Source of the DNA: a virus
Lineage: Duplodnaviria > Caudoviricetes
Reading direction: 5' to 3' (one strand)
Virus record (IMG/VR): IMGVR_UViG_3300038379_000535
Coordinates: 1 to 30,666 of that record
Length of the DNA: 30,666 nt
The notes under the pieces were generated by a model. That model saw only the letters and a program-made list of their open reading frames with translations, was not told the DNA's origin and made no database searches. Made by a program: the position numbers and the translations under genes. How positions within the stretch are numbered: position 1 is the stretch's first letter; each line of letters starts with the position of its first letter. Positions 17,282-26,204 of the stretch are shown here, in pieces.

Positions 17282-18117
17282 TGCGTCGGCCCCCACTCGG
17301 CGCCGCACTGATGGCGCTCGCGATCGCGCTCCTGCTCGCGACGGTTCCGCTCCGGGCCGCGGTGGCGTTTGCCCTCGTGACCAGCGGCGAGATCAACGAC
17401 TCGACGGATGCGAACAGCTACACCGGCTCGTCGGTCTCGCTGACGTCAAACAACCTCTATCTCTTCGCCGTGACGAATCGGCGATCGACGGCGACCGTGA
17501 CGACGCCGACGGTGTCGGGCACGAGTTGTTCGTGGGACCAGGTCGCGACCCGGCCATTCGACACGGAGGCGTCGCCGACGCAGCGCCTCACGGTGTTCCG
17601 CTGCCTCGATGCCTCTCCCGGCTCCGGCGCACTGACCGTCGACTTTGGCGGCGTGACGCAGACGGGCATCATCGCCCGGCTCGTCGAGGTCACGGGCATC
17701 GACACCGGCGGCACGAACGGGTCCGCGGCCATCGTCCAGACGCCGGCGACCAATTCATCGAATGCGGCGACGAGTCTCACGTGCACGCTCGGCGCGTTCA
17801 GCGATGCCGGGAACGGCACGATCGGGTTCTTCGCGTCGAATGCCAACGCGGCGATCACGCAGGGCTCGGGCTTCTCGCTCCTGTATGACGTCGGCAACTC
17901 GGCGCCGAACCGGCGATTGATGATCGAGACGCGCACCGACAACGACACGACCGTCGACGCCACCTTGAGTTCAGCGTCCGTGGGGTGTATCGCGCTGGAG
18001 ATCAAGGCCGCCAGTGGCGGCGGTGGGGGGACGCCCTGCGTCCGGACGCTGCTCGGCGTCGGCTGTGACACGTGGGCATGGCTGCAGGCCCACGTGGCCG
18101 GCTGGAGGCGCGGCTGA
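17281..18117 (+). CDS. Putative exported Ser/Thr-rich beta protein (signal peptide, 6 Cys)
   Basis: ATG 17281; MRRPPLGAALMALAIALLLATVPLRA-AVAF; two beta repeats, Gly linker, C-terminal CVRTLLGVGC. Confidence 0.75.
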   Translation: MRRPPLGAALMALAIALLLATVPLRAAVAFALVTSGEINDSTDANSYTGSSVSLTSNNLYLFAVTNRRSTATVTTPTVSGTSCSWDQVATRPFDTEASPTQRLTVFRCLDASPGSGALTVDFGGVTQTGIIARLVEVTGIDTGGTNGSAAIVQTPATNSSNAATSLTCTLGAFSDAGNGTIGFFASNANAAITQGSGFSLLYDVGNSAPNRRLMIETRTDNDTTVDATLSSASVGCIALEIKAASGGGGGTPCVRTLLGVGCDTWAWLQAHVAGWRRG

Positions 18118-21100
18118 TGCGACGTCTGCTGCCGCTCGTCCTCGCGCTCGTCGCGCTGCTCGGCCTGACGGCCCCGCTCGCGGGGCAGTTCCCGAGCTTC
18201 CGCGTCATCCCGGCGAGCACGCCGCCGGACGAGGACCCGCCGGGCGATCCAGGCGACTACCACATCGGCTACGCCAGCGCGGCGACCGAGCGGACGCGGC
18301 TGCAGGCCACCGACGCGGCCGGCGGCGAGCGCGAGCGCCTCCAGCACTACGCGAACTGGGCGGTCAATGTCCTGCTGGCGCGGCGCAACGGGACCTCGGT
18401 GCTCGGTGTGCAGGATGCCCCGACGGAGGGCAACTACTACGGCGAGGATGCCGGGACGCTCGCCTCGATGTTCGCGACCTTCGCCAGCCTGGACCCGGGT
18501 CATGCCTCATGGTCGGGCCTCGTCACGTGGCCGGCCGCCATCGACACGGCGCAAGAGAACGCGGACCTGGCGTGCGCCGTGCTGCGCTACTCGACGCGTA
18601 TCCGGTCTGGGGACAACTGGAGCGCCGATGGCCGGACGCTGCTCGAGAAAGCCACGCAGGTCCTGACGAGCGGCAACGCCAGCACTAAGGCCGACGGCCC
18701 GGTGCCGCACATCTGGAAGGCCTGGCCGGCGCAGGTGTACTCCTGGGCGCCGTACGTGCGGCCGCGGCTCGTCGGGCTGGCGTCGGCCGGCTGCCTGGCC
18801 GACATCGACGCGGTGCTCGAGCAGTTCGCGGACGTGGGTCTCGGCCACATCACGAAGGCCAGTAGCGACTACCCGGTCCTGACCGAACAGGAAGGCTGGA
18901 ACAATACCTCCTTCTCGTCGTGGCTGCTCCTCACGCTGCCGGGGCTGGCGGACATCCTCGACCTCAGCGTCTTCGACGCGACCCAGGAGGCCGCGGTCAA
19001 GACGGCGTTGAACCGCTTCTACCTCCGGACGAAGGAGGAGTTCGCCGTTGCCTACACGACGAACGGCGCGCCAGCCCCGGGCTTCCATGAGGGGACGGGC
19101 AGCGAGTACGCGCGCGACAACCTGACCGGGGTGAGTCGGCTGTACCTGTGGACGTGGCCCTTGACCGGGCTCAACGACCTGGTCGCGGGTACCTGGCTGC
19201 GTGACAGCGTGGCGCAGAAGGCGCTCGAGATCCTGCCGATGCAGTGGGGCCATACCCCGCCCCTGAAACCGTTCGCGGTGCGGTGGGGCATCATCCCGCA
19301 GGGCCACTCGAACTTCGACGACGCGGCCAGCTCGTGGGCGCTCTTCAAGGCGGCGCTGAACCGTGCGGGCTACCCGACGCAGGCGGGCCAGTTCCAGTGG
19401 ATGGAAGAGCAGTTCGGGGTCAACTTCACAACGATCCCGAGCACCACGGCGAAAGTGCCGTCGGCCATCTACGACAACACCGGTGGCGGCAACTCGCAGT
19501 ACCAGGCCGCATGGTACTGGCCGATCGTCTTCGGGAAGCTCGGCGGGATGGTTTCGACGCCGATTACGTCGATCTCCACGGCGAAAGGCCCGATGGGCTA
19601 TCGCGTGTGGAACTGCGTGTTCTCGCTGCCGGCGTGTGCGGCGCGTCCGCCGACTGAGGCGACGCTCGTCGCGCTCAACTGGTCGGACGTCGCGTACTAC
19701 GGCCACACCACGAACGACACGAACCGCGGATGGTCGCTGGTCAGCCGCGGCGGCTACGTCATCCTCCCGCAACTCGGCCACGGGAAGACGGGCTTCGGCA
19801 CGCACAGCACGGGCGGCGTGCGGGGGCGCTCGCAGTTCATTCCCTGGGTCGACGGGGCGCTCGATTACACCTTCAGCGGATCGGGCGGCATCATCGGCAA
19901 CCGCACGGTCCATCCGGCCTTCACCAACTTCTCGAACGCGTCCGCCTGGGACCGCATCGCGACGCGCTACGTCGATGACCCGGACAACGTCAATGGCGGC
20001 CTCGTGTGCGACGCCGTGACGATGTACGCGACGGGTGTCATCACGACGAACGGCTGGCAGGAATGCGTCTGGGTCCGCCCTGATGACGATGTCGTCGTCA
20101 CCTTCGCCAAAATCACGCCGGCCGACCCCACCAACGACGTCATCGTCCGGCAATCGGTCCTGCCGGTGCAGCCCGGCTTCGAAAACGGCACGTCCTCGAA
20201 GCTGGCGCTCGGCACCTGGCGCTCGACGAATGCGACGACGATGCGGGTCGTCAACCACAGCGGCGCCGCGGCGACGTTCAGCGCGACCGACCAGGACGGC
20301 GCCTCGTCGAATACCCAGGTCTGGGCCCGCGCGCACGTCAACGCGCTCCTGCACTACCGGTCGGCGGATGCGTTCCACGTCTACTGGTTTGGCCACGACC
20401 CGGCGTATCCCGTCGGCGCGCTTCGAAACAACCTCGAGATTCCAAAGCCGGGCCGCGATGCCGCGCATTGGGGCCGGAACACGCGGAGCTGGCGGCGCTG
20501 TCAGAACGGCGCGTACACGGACGGCGCGAGCACCCGGGTCTATCTGACGTGCGTCTACGACGAGACGGGCACGCCGCGGGCCGTCATCGACGCCGATCTC
20601 CCCGATTCGCTCGCCGGGCAGTGGTTCGCGCAGAGCCAGGGCGGCAACCCGGGCTTCCGCACGATCGCCTCGGTGGATCGCACGACGACGCCGAAGTCCA
20701 TCATCCTGAGCGGCGCGACGGTCAACTGGCCGATCGGGACGCCGCGCCACTTTGATCTCCTGGACGACAGCTCGAGCCAGAACGAGTTGGGCTACGACAT
20801 CGCCGGCGACGGCGCCGATGTCCGCCGCGTGATGGGGGCGGGCCTGCTGGCGATCGTGCCGCCGGGCGCGAACCCGGCGAAGACGGAGTTGTGGGAGGCG
20901 ATTCAACTCGGCGACGATGATGCCCCGCCAACCGCCGCGACTGTGACGCAGTCGGTCGAGACGGACGTCCAGACGCTGCTGTATCAGGCGGGCACGACGC
21001 GGATCGCCTTCACGGTGGGGCGCTCACATATCACGTCTCTCGCGGGCGGCTCGTGCTTGGCGAGCACCGACTACCTGATCGACACGCTCGAAGACGTCGA

Positions 21101-21284
21101 GGCCGACCACGCCGAACTGTGCCCGGGCTCGGCCTGGACGGTCACCGGGGCTGTTGAGAGCGGCACGAAGATTCGGATGACGCTCAGTAATTCGGGCGGC
21201 TCGTTCGTCGTCAACAGCCAGGGCCGGCTGGTGGTCCTGGTGTCCGAGGCGGGCGGCGTCGTCTCGGTGAAGGCGGCCCAATGA
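18117..21284 (+). CDS. Large putative exported polysaccharide lyase-like protein (heparinase II/III-like architecture)
   Basis: RBS GGAGG, ATG 18117; signal MRRLLPLVLALVALLGLTAPLAG-Q; helical N-half with GWNN and FHEGTGSEY; beta C-half with YYGHTTNDTNRGWSL; 10 Cys. Confidence 0.6.
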   Translation: MRRLLPLVLALVALLGLTAPLAGQFPSFRVIPASTPPDEDPPGDPGDYHIGYASAATERTRLQATDAAGGERERLQHYANWAVNVLLARRNGTSVLGVQDAPTEGNYYGEDAGTLASMFATFASLDPGHASWSGLVTWPAAIDTAQENADLACAVLRYSTRIRSGDNWSADGRTLLEKATQVLTSGNASTKADGPVPHIWKAWPAQVYSWAPYVRPRLVGLASAGCLADIDAVLEQFADVGLGHITKASSDYPVLTEQEGWNNTSFSSWLLLTLPGLADILDLSVFDATQEAAVKTALNRFYLRTKEEFAVAYTTNGAPAPGFHEGTGSEYARDNLTGVSRLYLWTWPLTGLNDLVAGTWLRDSVAQKALEILPMQWGHTPPLKPFAVRWGIIPQGHSNFDDAASSWALFKAALNRAGYPTQAGQFQWMEEQFGVNFTTIPSTTAKVPSAIYDNTGGGNSQYQAAWYWPIVFGKLGGMVSTPITSISTAKGPMGYRVWNCVFSLPACAARPPTEATLVALNWSDVAYYGHTTNDTNRGWSLVSRGGYVILPQLGHGKTGFGTHSTGGVRGRSQFIPWVDGALDYTFSGSGGIIGNRTVHPAFTNFSNASAWDRIATRYVDDPDNVNGGLVCDAVTMYATGVITTNGWQECVWVRPDDDVVVTFAKITPADPTNDVIVRQSVLPVQPGFENGTSSKLALGTWRSTNATTMRVVNHSGAAATFSATDQDGASSNTQVWARAHVNALLHYRSADAFHVYWFGHDPAYPVGALRNNLEIPKPGRDAAHWGRNTRSWRRCQNGAYTDGASTRVYLTCVYDETGTPRAVIDADLPDSLAGQWFAQSQGGNPGFRTIASVDRTTTPKSIILSGATVNWPIGTPRHFDLLDDSSSQNELGYDIAGDGADVRRVMGAGLLAIVPPGANPAKTELWEAIQLGDDDAPPTAATVTQSVETDVQTLLYQAGTTRIAFTVGRSHITSLAGGSCLASTDYLIDTLEDVEADHAELCPGSAWTVTGAVESGTKIRMTLSNSGGSFVVNSQGRLVVLVSEAGGVVSVKAAQ

Positions 21285-23293
21285 CCGCCCCGCTCTGGCT
21301 GAACCTCGGCGGCCCGGTCGCGGATACGACCTTCGCGGAGTTCCTCGCGTGGCCGGACCGTACCGAGCACGTCCTGGTGGAGGCGGATCCGTCGATCACG
21401 CTGACGGGGTGGACGGCCACGGGGGGCAGTTACCCGACGACGTATCAGGTCTCGCGGCCGCGGCTGGTGCAGACGACCGAGGTGCCGGGTGGCCTGTACG
21501 CGCCCGTCCTGGGCGTGACGGAGGAGGCGACCGCGCTCACGTCGCGCCCCTCGATCGCGCTGGTCGAGGCGAACCCCGGGAGCTGGTACTGGGACGAGGC
21601 GGCCGGCGTGCTCTACGTCCACTCGACGACCGGCGCCTCACCCGCGAGCTTCGTCCACGTCGAGGCCATTGTGCGTCTGTATCTGGGCACGGCCCCCGTC
21701 GTCCTCAATCGGACCGCCAGCGACCCCGCGACGGGCGTGTACTACCATCCCTGGCTCCGCGGTGACTTGCCGGAGATCGCGTCGATGGTCGAGGACCTGC
21801 TGCACGGGACGAAAATCATCCCGGACGGCAGCGTCACCTTCACGAACGGTCATGGGGCCTGGCATGCGCTGATCGCGCCGGACGGCCCGTGGAACTGGAA
21901 GAACCGCACGATCACCTGCCTGGTGGGCGGGGTGTTCAACGGGCGCACGCTGACGCGGGCGCAGTACGCCACGATGGCCACGATGCGCGTCGAAGACGTC
22001 GCGGCCGACGAGGAGCGCTGCGCGTTCACGCTGACGCCCGTGACCCGCGCGACCGTGCGCCAGGTGCCGGTCACGTCTTTCGACGAGGCGACCTATCCGG
22101 CGCTCGGCGATGGGGTCCGCGGCGCGAAGAAGTGGATCGGCTACGGCCGTGCCACGATGCCGCCGGATCTCACCGACACGACGGGCCACGGGGTCTACAC
22201 GATCGCTGACGCGGCGTCGCAGACGCTCTTCGCGGTCCATCAGGTCTGGGCGATCGACAAGTCCACGGGGGAGTGGACGTCGCTCACCGAGGGGCTCCAC
22301 TACAGTGTCGACCTGGTGGCCTGCACCCTGACGATCCTGGACGCCGCCTATCGCTGGCAGGACGTCCGGCTCGCGGTCGACGTCACCGGGAAGCCGGACG
22401 GGAGCGGTGGCTACCTCCGCACCTTCGCGGCGATCGTCCAGGATCTGCTCGTCACATTCCTCGGGGTCGCGACCGACGCGATCGATACCGAGGCGTTCAC
22501 GGCGGCCGCCGTCGAAGGCGCGGCCGAAGAGATCGCCTGCTGGGTAAAGGATCCCCGCGAGATCGCCTCGCTCTTCACGACCTCGGAGCCGGCGACGCCC
22601 TCGCTCGGCCGCTCGGTGATGGGCACCGTGCAGCAGTCGTCCGCCGGCCAGTGGACCTGCCGGCTGTATACGCCGGCGGTGCCCGAGGCGCTGACGGCGC
22701 TGCGCAAGGAGGACTTCACGCGCTTCACGCCGGCGCCGCAGTTCCAGACCGTCTACGCCGGCGTGCAGGTCTACTACAACTACGACGCGGTCCGCGGCCA
22801 GTGGTCCGTCGTCGAAGAGACGGATCCGGCGACCACCTATCGGACGAAGTCGACGGACGTCCTGCCGATCTATACCTTCCTGCGGAGCGCCGGCGCCGCG
22901 CGCGCGCTGGCGCAGCGCTACTTGCTCCTGGCCGGCAAGGTGCTCACGACCGCGGCGTTCGAGGAGCGCGGCGCCCGGCTGGCGCAGCACATCGCCGGCG
23001 ACAAGGTGCGCGTGACGTTCAGCCCCGCGCCGAGTGCGGCAGGCGCCTACGTGGACAAGCCGTTCGAAATCACCGAACTGCGCCTCAGGTTCGCGCCCAA
23101 GCTCGGCGTCTCGGGCGTGCTGAACGACATCCGGGATCTCGGCGGGAAGGTGGGGCGGTGGATGGACGCGGCGGCGCCGAATTGGGCGAGCGCGACCGAC
23201 CTCGAGCGGCAGTCCAGCGGCTTCTGGACGGACGCGAACGGGCTGGCGGACTCTGGCGATCCGACCTCGGGTGGTCGGTCGCTCTGGTGGTGA
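21281..23293 (+). CDS. Tail tip/hub (Tal-like) protein
   Basis: 670 aa, after the Dit-like gene and before the fibre; AAIVQDLLVTFLGV...ID..AF, ARALAQRYL, GDKVRVT are hub-like segments. Confidence 0.65.
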   Translation: MTAPLWLNLGGPVADTTFAEFLAWPDRTEHVLVEADPSITLTGWTATGGSYPTTYQVSRPRLVQTTEVPGGLYAPVLGVTEEATALTSRPSIALVEANPGSWYWDEAAGVLYVHSTTGASPASFVHVEAIVRLYLGTAPVVLNRTASDPATGVYYHPWLRGDLPEIASMVEDLLHGTKIIPDGSVTFTNGHGAWHALIAPDGPWNWKNRTITCLVGGVFNGRTLTRAQYATMATMRVEDVAADEERCAFTLTPVTRATVRQVPVTSFDEATYPALGDGVRGAKKWIGYGRATMPPDLTDTTGHGVYTIADAASQTLFAVHQVWAIDKSTGEWTSLTEGLHYSVDLVACTLTILDAAYRWQDVRLAVDVTGKPDGSGGYLRTFAAIVQDLLVTFLGVATDAIDTEAFTAAAVEGAAEEIACWVKDPREIASLFTTSEPATPSLGRSVMGTVQQSSAGQWTCRLYTPAVPEALTALRKEDFTRFTPAPQFQTVYAGVQVYYNYDAVRGQWSVVEETDPATTYRTKSTDVLPIYTFLRSAGAARALAQRYLLLAGKVLTTAAFEERGARLAQHIAGDKVRVTFSPAPSAAGAYVDKPFEITELRLRFAPKLGVSGVLNDIRDLGGKVGRWMDAAAPNWASATDLERQSSGFWTDANGLADSGDPTSGGRSLWW

Positions 23294-23295
23294 GG

Positions 23296-23529
23296 ATGCG
23301 GACGATCGAGGTGCGGTGCAACGCGTGCGGGGTGACGATACCCGCCAAGCCGGCGACCCTCTGGACGCTGGACGACGAAGGCACGCCGCGGCGGACGGGC
23401 CCGCTCGACTTCTGCTCACTCCCCTGTGTGGCGCGCTGGGCGCAGGACGACGAGGTGCGTGCCGCGTATCCCGCCGACTTCGCCCCGGCCGTGCGCGCCG
23501 ATGGCCTTACGCCCGAGGAGTCGCGCTGA
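23296..23529 (+). CDS. Small Cys4 metal-binding (TRASH/zinc-finger-like) protein
   Basis: MRTIEVRCNACG...LDFCSLPC; fills the gap; TGATG coupling to the fibre gene. Confidence 0.7.
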   Translation: MRTIEVRCNACGVTIPAKPATLWTLDDEGTPRRTGPLDFCSLPCVARWAQDDEVRAAYPADFAPAVRADGLTPEESR

Positions 23530-25022
23530 TGGCCGTGTTCTCCGCGGTCAACTCGTGCGTGGTCGGGGGCCCGACGAAGAAGGTCCAGCACGACCAACTC
23601 CTGGACAACACGATCGCGATCCAGGAAGGCTCGGTCGCGTTCGCGAAGACCGTGCTCGACGGCGCCACGAGCGATCCGGCTGCGCCGGCGTCCGGGGACG
23701 TCGCGGTGGCCTACCGGAGCGACCAGGCCGAGCCGGTGTTGCGCCGGAGTTCGGGCGCCACGGAGTTCCTCCGCGTGGGCGGCGTGCGGCAGCGGCACGC
23801 CGGGCTCCTCGTGCGGACGCATCCAGACGCGTCGCTACGGCAGTCGCGGATCGTACTGCAGCGGCTGCGCGAAGTGATCTTCGCCGATGGCTATCGGCTG
23901 GCGCCGAGTGAGAGCGCGTTCCCGCTGACAGTCGATCTCGCGGCCAGTGGGGCCAACGGGCTCGACCAGGGCGCCGAAGAGGCCTCGACCTGGTACGGCG
24001 TCTACCTGATTCGCAAATCCACCGACGGGACGCTGGCGCTCCTGCTGCACAAGGCGAACCGCCTCGTGGTCACGGAGCAGACGACGGTCGATGCGTCGAC
24101 GGCGCTCCGGGATGCGAGCGCGCGGACGAAGATCGCGCAGTCGTTTCAGGTGTCGTCGGCCGGCACGCTGCGCGCGGCGCTCCTCCAGTGGGGGAAGACC
24201 GGCACGCCGACCGGTGGCAACGTCGAGTTCTGGGTGACGGTGGAAGCCGACAGTGCCGGCGACCCGAGCGGCACGCCCCTGGCGACCGGCGCGAAGTTGC
24301 TCGCGACCGACGTCAACACAACCGCCCGGGGCTACGCGCACACGTTCTTCGGCGCGCAGGCGATCTCGCTGCCGGCGAGCACGACGCGGTGGCTCGTCGC
24401 GCAAGGAGACTTCACGCTCTCCGGGGCGAACTACCTCGCCGCGAGTCGGAACAGCGCCGGCGGCTACGGGTCGGGGTCCGCGAAGAGCTTCGATGGATCG
24501 ATCTGGTCGGCGCTGAGCGGCGACCTCGCGTTCGTCGTGGTGCACGAGGTGGACGACGCCGCGCTCGTGTTGCCGACGGGCTACGACCAGTCGGTGCTGC
24601 TCGACTACGCCTACAACAACAGCAGCGGCCACCTCGAGCCATTCGTGACGCACGGTGAGTGGCACCTCTCGCTGAGCGCGAGCGCCATCGGCACGAAGCT
24701 CGGCATCAGCGATACGGCGTCGATCGGCAACGTGCTCTACGACGGCACGCAACTGCCGCCCGTCGCGCTCGTGGAGGTGCGCGGCGTCGGGTTCAATCAA
24801 GCCGGCGCGGGGTCGATCCTCGGCCTGGGCCCGCTCGACGGCGGGATGTCCGTCAGCGGCGCGATGGGAGATCCGCGCGTGGCGCTCAAGGTGGCGGGCA
24901 GCGGGGGGGACGAGTACGCGCACATGACCGCGTACTTCCAGTGGCAGATGGCCCAGATGTACAAGGGCGGCGGCAACAACAATCAGAGCTTTACACCGAA
25001 GGCGTGGCGGGTGCTCGGATGA
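23529..25022 (+). CDS. Tail fibre/receptor-binding protein
   Basis: RBS GAGGAG, ATG 23529; GANGLDQGAEEASTWYGVYLI and LPTGYD fibre motifs; central inserted beta-sandwich domain. Confidence 0.7.
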   Translation: MAVFSAVNSCVVGGPTKKVQHDQLLDNTIAIQEGSVAFAKTVLDGATSDPAAPASGDVAVAYRSDQAEPVLRRSSGATEFLRVGGVRQRHAGLLVRTHPDASLRQSRIVLQRLREVIFADGYRLAPSESAFPLTVDLAASGANGLDQGAEEASTWYGVYLIRKSTDGTLALLLHKANRLVVTEQTTVDASTALRDASARTKIAQSFQVSSAGTLRAALLQWGKTGTPTGGNVEFWVTVEADSAGDPSGTPLATGAKLLATDVNTTARGYAHTFFGAQAISLPASTTRWLVAQGDFTLSGANYLAASRNSAGGYGSGSAKSFDGSIWSALSGDLAFVVVHEVDDAALVLPTGYDQSVLLDYAYNNSSGHLEPFVTHGEWHLSLSASAIGTKLGISDTASIGNVLYDGTQLPPVALVEVRGVGFNQAGAGSILGLGPLDGGMSVSGAMGDPRVALKVAGSGGDEYAHMTAYFQWQMAQMYKGGGNNNQSFTPKAWRVLG

Positions 25023-25417
25023 TGCGCTGGACCGCCTGCGTCGAGCGGCTGACGGGCCGCCTGGTCTGGGTCGTGCCGCAGTGCCGGGACTTTGTCGCGG
25101 CGGACGCGCAGACGCAACAGATCGTGCACGGCGAGTCGGAGACGTGGCCGGACCCGGCGGTTGATGTCTACGTCGGGGGCACGCTCCGCCGCGCGACGAC
25201 CGAGGAGCGCGCCGCCGTCAAGGACGCCGTCGAGTCGGCGGCGGCCGACCAGGCGCTCGCGTCCGGCCGCGCCATCATCACGGCCGCGGCCGACTCGCTG
25301 CGGCTGCTCTACCCGTCGCTCCCGGAGCCGACGGCGGACCAACGGGCAGCGTTCGTGGCAGCGGTCACGGCGACGGCCAGGACACTGCTGCGGGCGCAGC
25401 AGGGGAGGGGGCGGTGA
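25019..25417 (+). CDS. Putative tail fibre assembly chaperone
   Basis: ATGA overlap with the fibre gene; YVGGTLRRATTEERAA followed by a helical C-terminus; positional inference. Confidence 0.5.
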   Translation: MMRWTACVERLTGRLVWVVPQCRDFVAADAQTQQIVHGESETWPDPAVDVYVGGTLRRATTEERAAVKDAVESAAADQALASGRAIITAAADSLRLLYPSLPEPTADQRAAFVAAVTATARTLLRAQQGRGR

Positions 25418-25773
25418 GCGAGCAGGGCATCACCATCGGGGAGATTGGCCGCCGCTTGGCCGCCATGGAGGCGACGCAGCGTGAGCGGCACGAAGAGAAC
25501 GGCGCCCGCTTGGATCGCATCGACGACAAACTGGCGCAGATCAACGGGCGTGTCGGGCGCGGCGAAGAGCGGCTCAACGCCCACGACCGCGAGCTGCGCG
25601 ACGTCAAGCGGGACCGGCAGGCCGTCATCGGCGATCGCCGCGAGGGCGAAAGTCTCACCGTGCGGATCACACCGAAGATGTGGGCCGCGCTGGCGGCGGC
25701 GTGGAGCGGGCTGATGCTGCTGGCCCAGATGCTGGGGCCGCTGGTCACCAAGTTGCTCGGGGTGCAGCCGTGA
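25414..25773 (+). CDS. Putative holin/lysis-associated membrane protein
   Basis: Coiled coil (RLDRIDDKLAQINGRVGRGEERL) plus one C-terminal TM helix; directly upstream of the endolysin. Confidence 0.55.
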   Translation: MSEQGITIGEIGRRLAAMEATQRERHEENGARLDRIDDKLAQINGRVGRGEERLNAHDRELRDVKRDRQAVIGDRREGESLTVRITPKMWAALAAAWSGLMLLAQMLGPLVTKLLGVQP

Positions 25774-26195
25774 CGCTGTCGCCGCACCTCACGCTCGCGG
25801 AGCTGGCGTGTCACGACGCCGCGCGAACGCCGTACCCGGCCGCGTGGGTTGAGTCGCGGGCGATGCCGCTCGCGCAGGAGTTCGAGCGCGTGCGCGCGCT
25901 CTGCGGGGGGCGGCCGATCGCGGTGCTCTCGGGGTATCGCACCGAGGCGCACAACCGGGCGATCGGTGGCGCGCGGAAGAGTCAGCACGTCGAGGGGCGC
26001 GCGCTGGATCTGCGCCCACCGGGGCGGATGTCGGTCTCGGCGTTCGAGGCGCTAGTGCTCCAGGCTGCCGCCATGCCGGGGAGTGTGATCCGTGGGGTGG
26101 GCCGTTACGCACGGTTCGTGCACATGGACATTCGGCCTGGTCAGTTGAAGCACTGGACGCACGGCGCGCGCGAGCGAGCGGACGTGAACGGATAG
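25770..26195 (+). CDS. Endolysin, peptidase M15A (Peptidase_M15_3) family
   Basis: LSPHLTLAELAC, SGYRT..HN.AIGGARKSQHVEGRALD, GVGRY..FVHMDIR. Confidence 0.93.
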   Translation: MTLSPHLTLAELACHDAARTPYPAAWVESRAMPLAQEFERVRALCGGRPIAVLSGYRTEAHNRAIGGARKSQHVEGRALDLRPPGRMSVSAFEALVLQAAAMPGSVIRGVGRYARFVHMDIRPGQLKHWTHGARERADVNG

Positions 26196-26204
26196 GAGAG
26201 TTCC

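Noticed and set aside
18507-23419. Long minus-strand ORFs (799 aa, 593 aa) and similar antisense ORFs throughout
   Set aside because: Shadow frames of high-GC3 + strand genes; Arg/Gly-rich with no motifs or RBS
24900-25022. DGR variable region at the fibre C-terminus (AAC AAC AAT codons)
   Set aside because: No template repeat, reverse transcriptase or C-type-lectin-like terminal motif seen in the window
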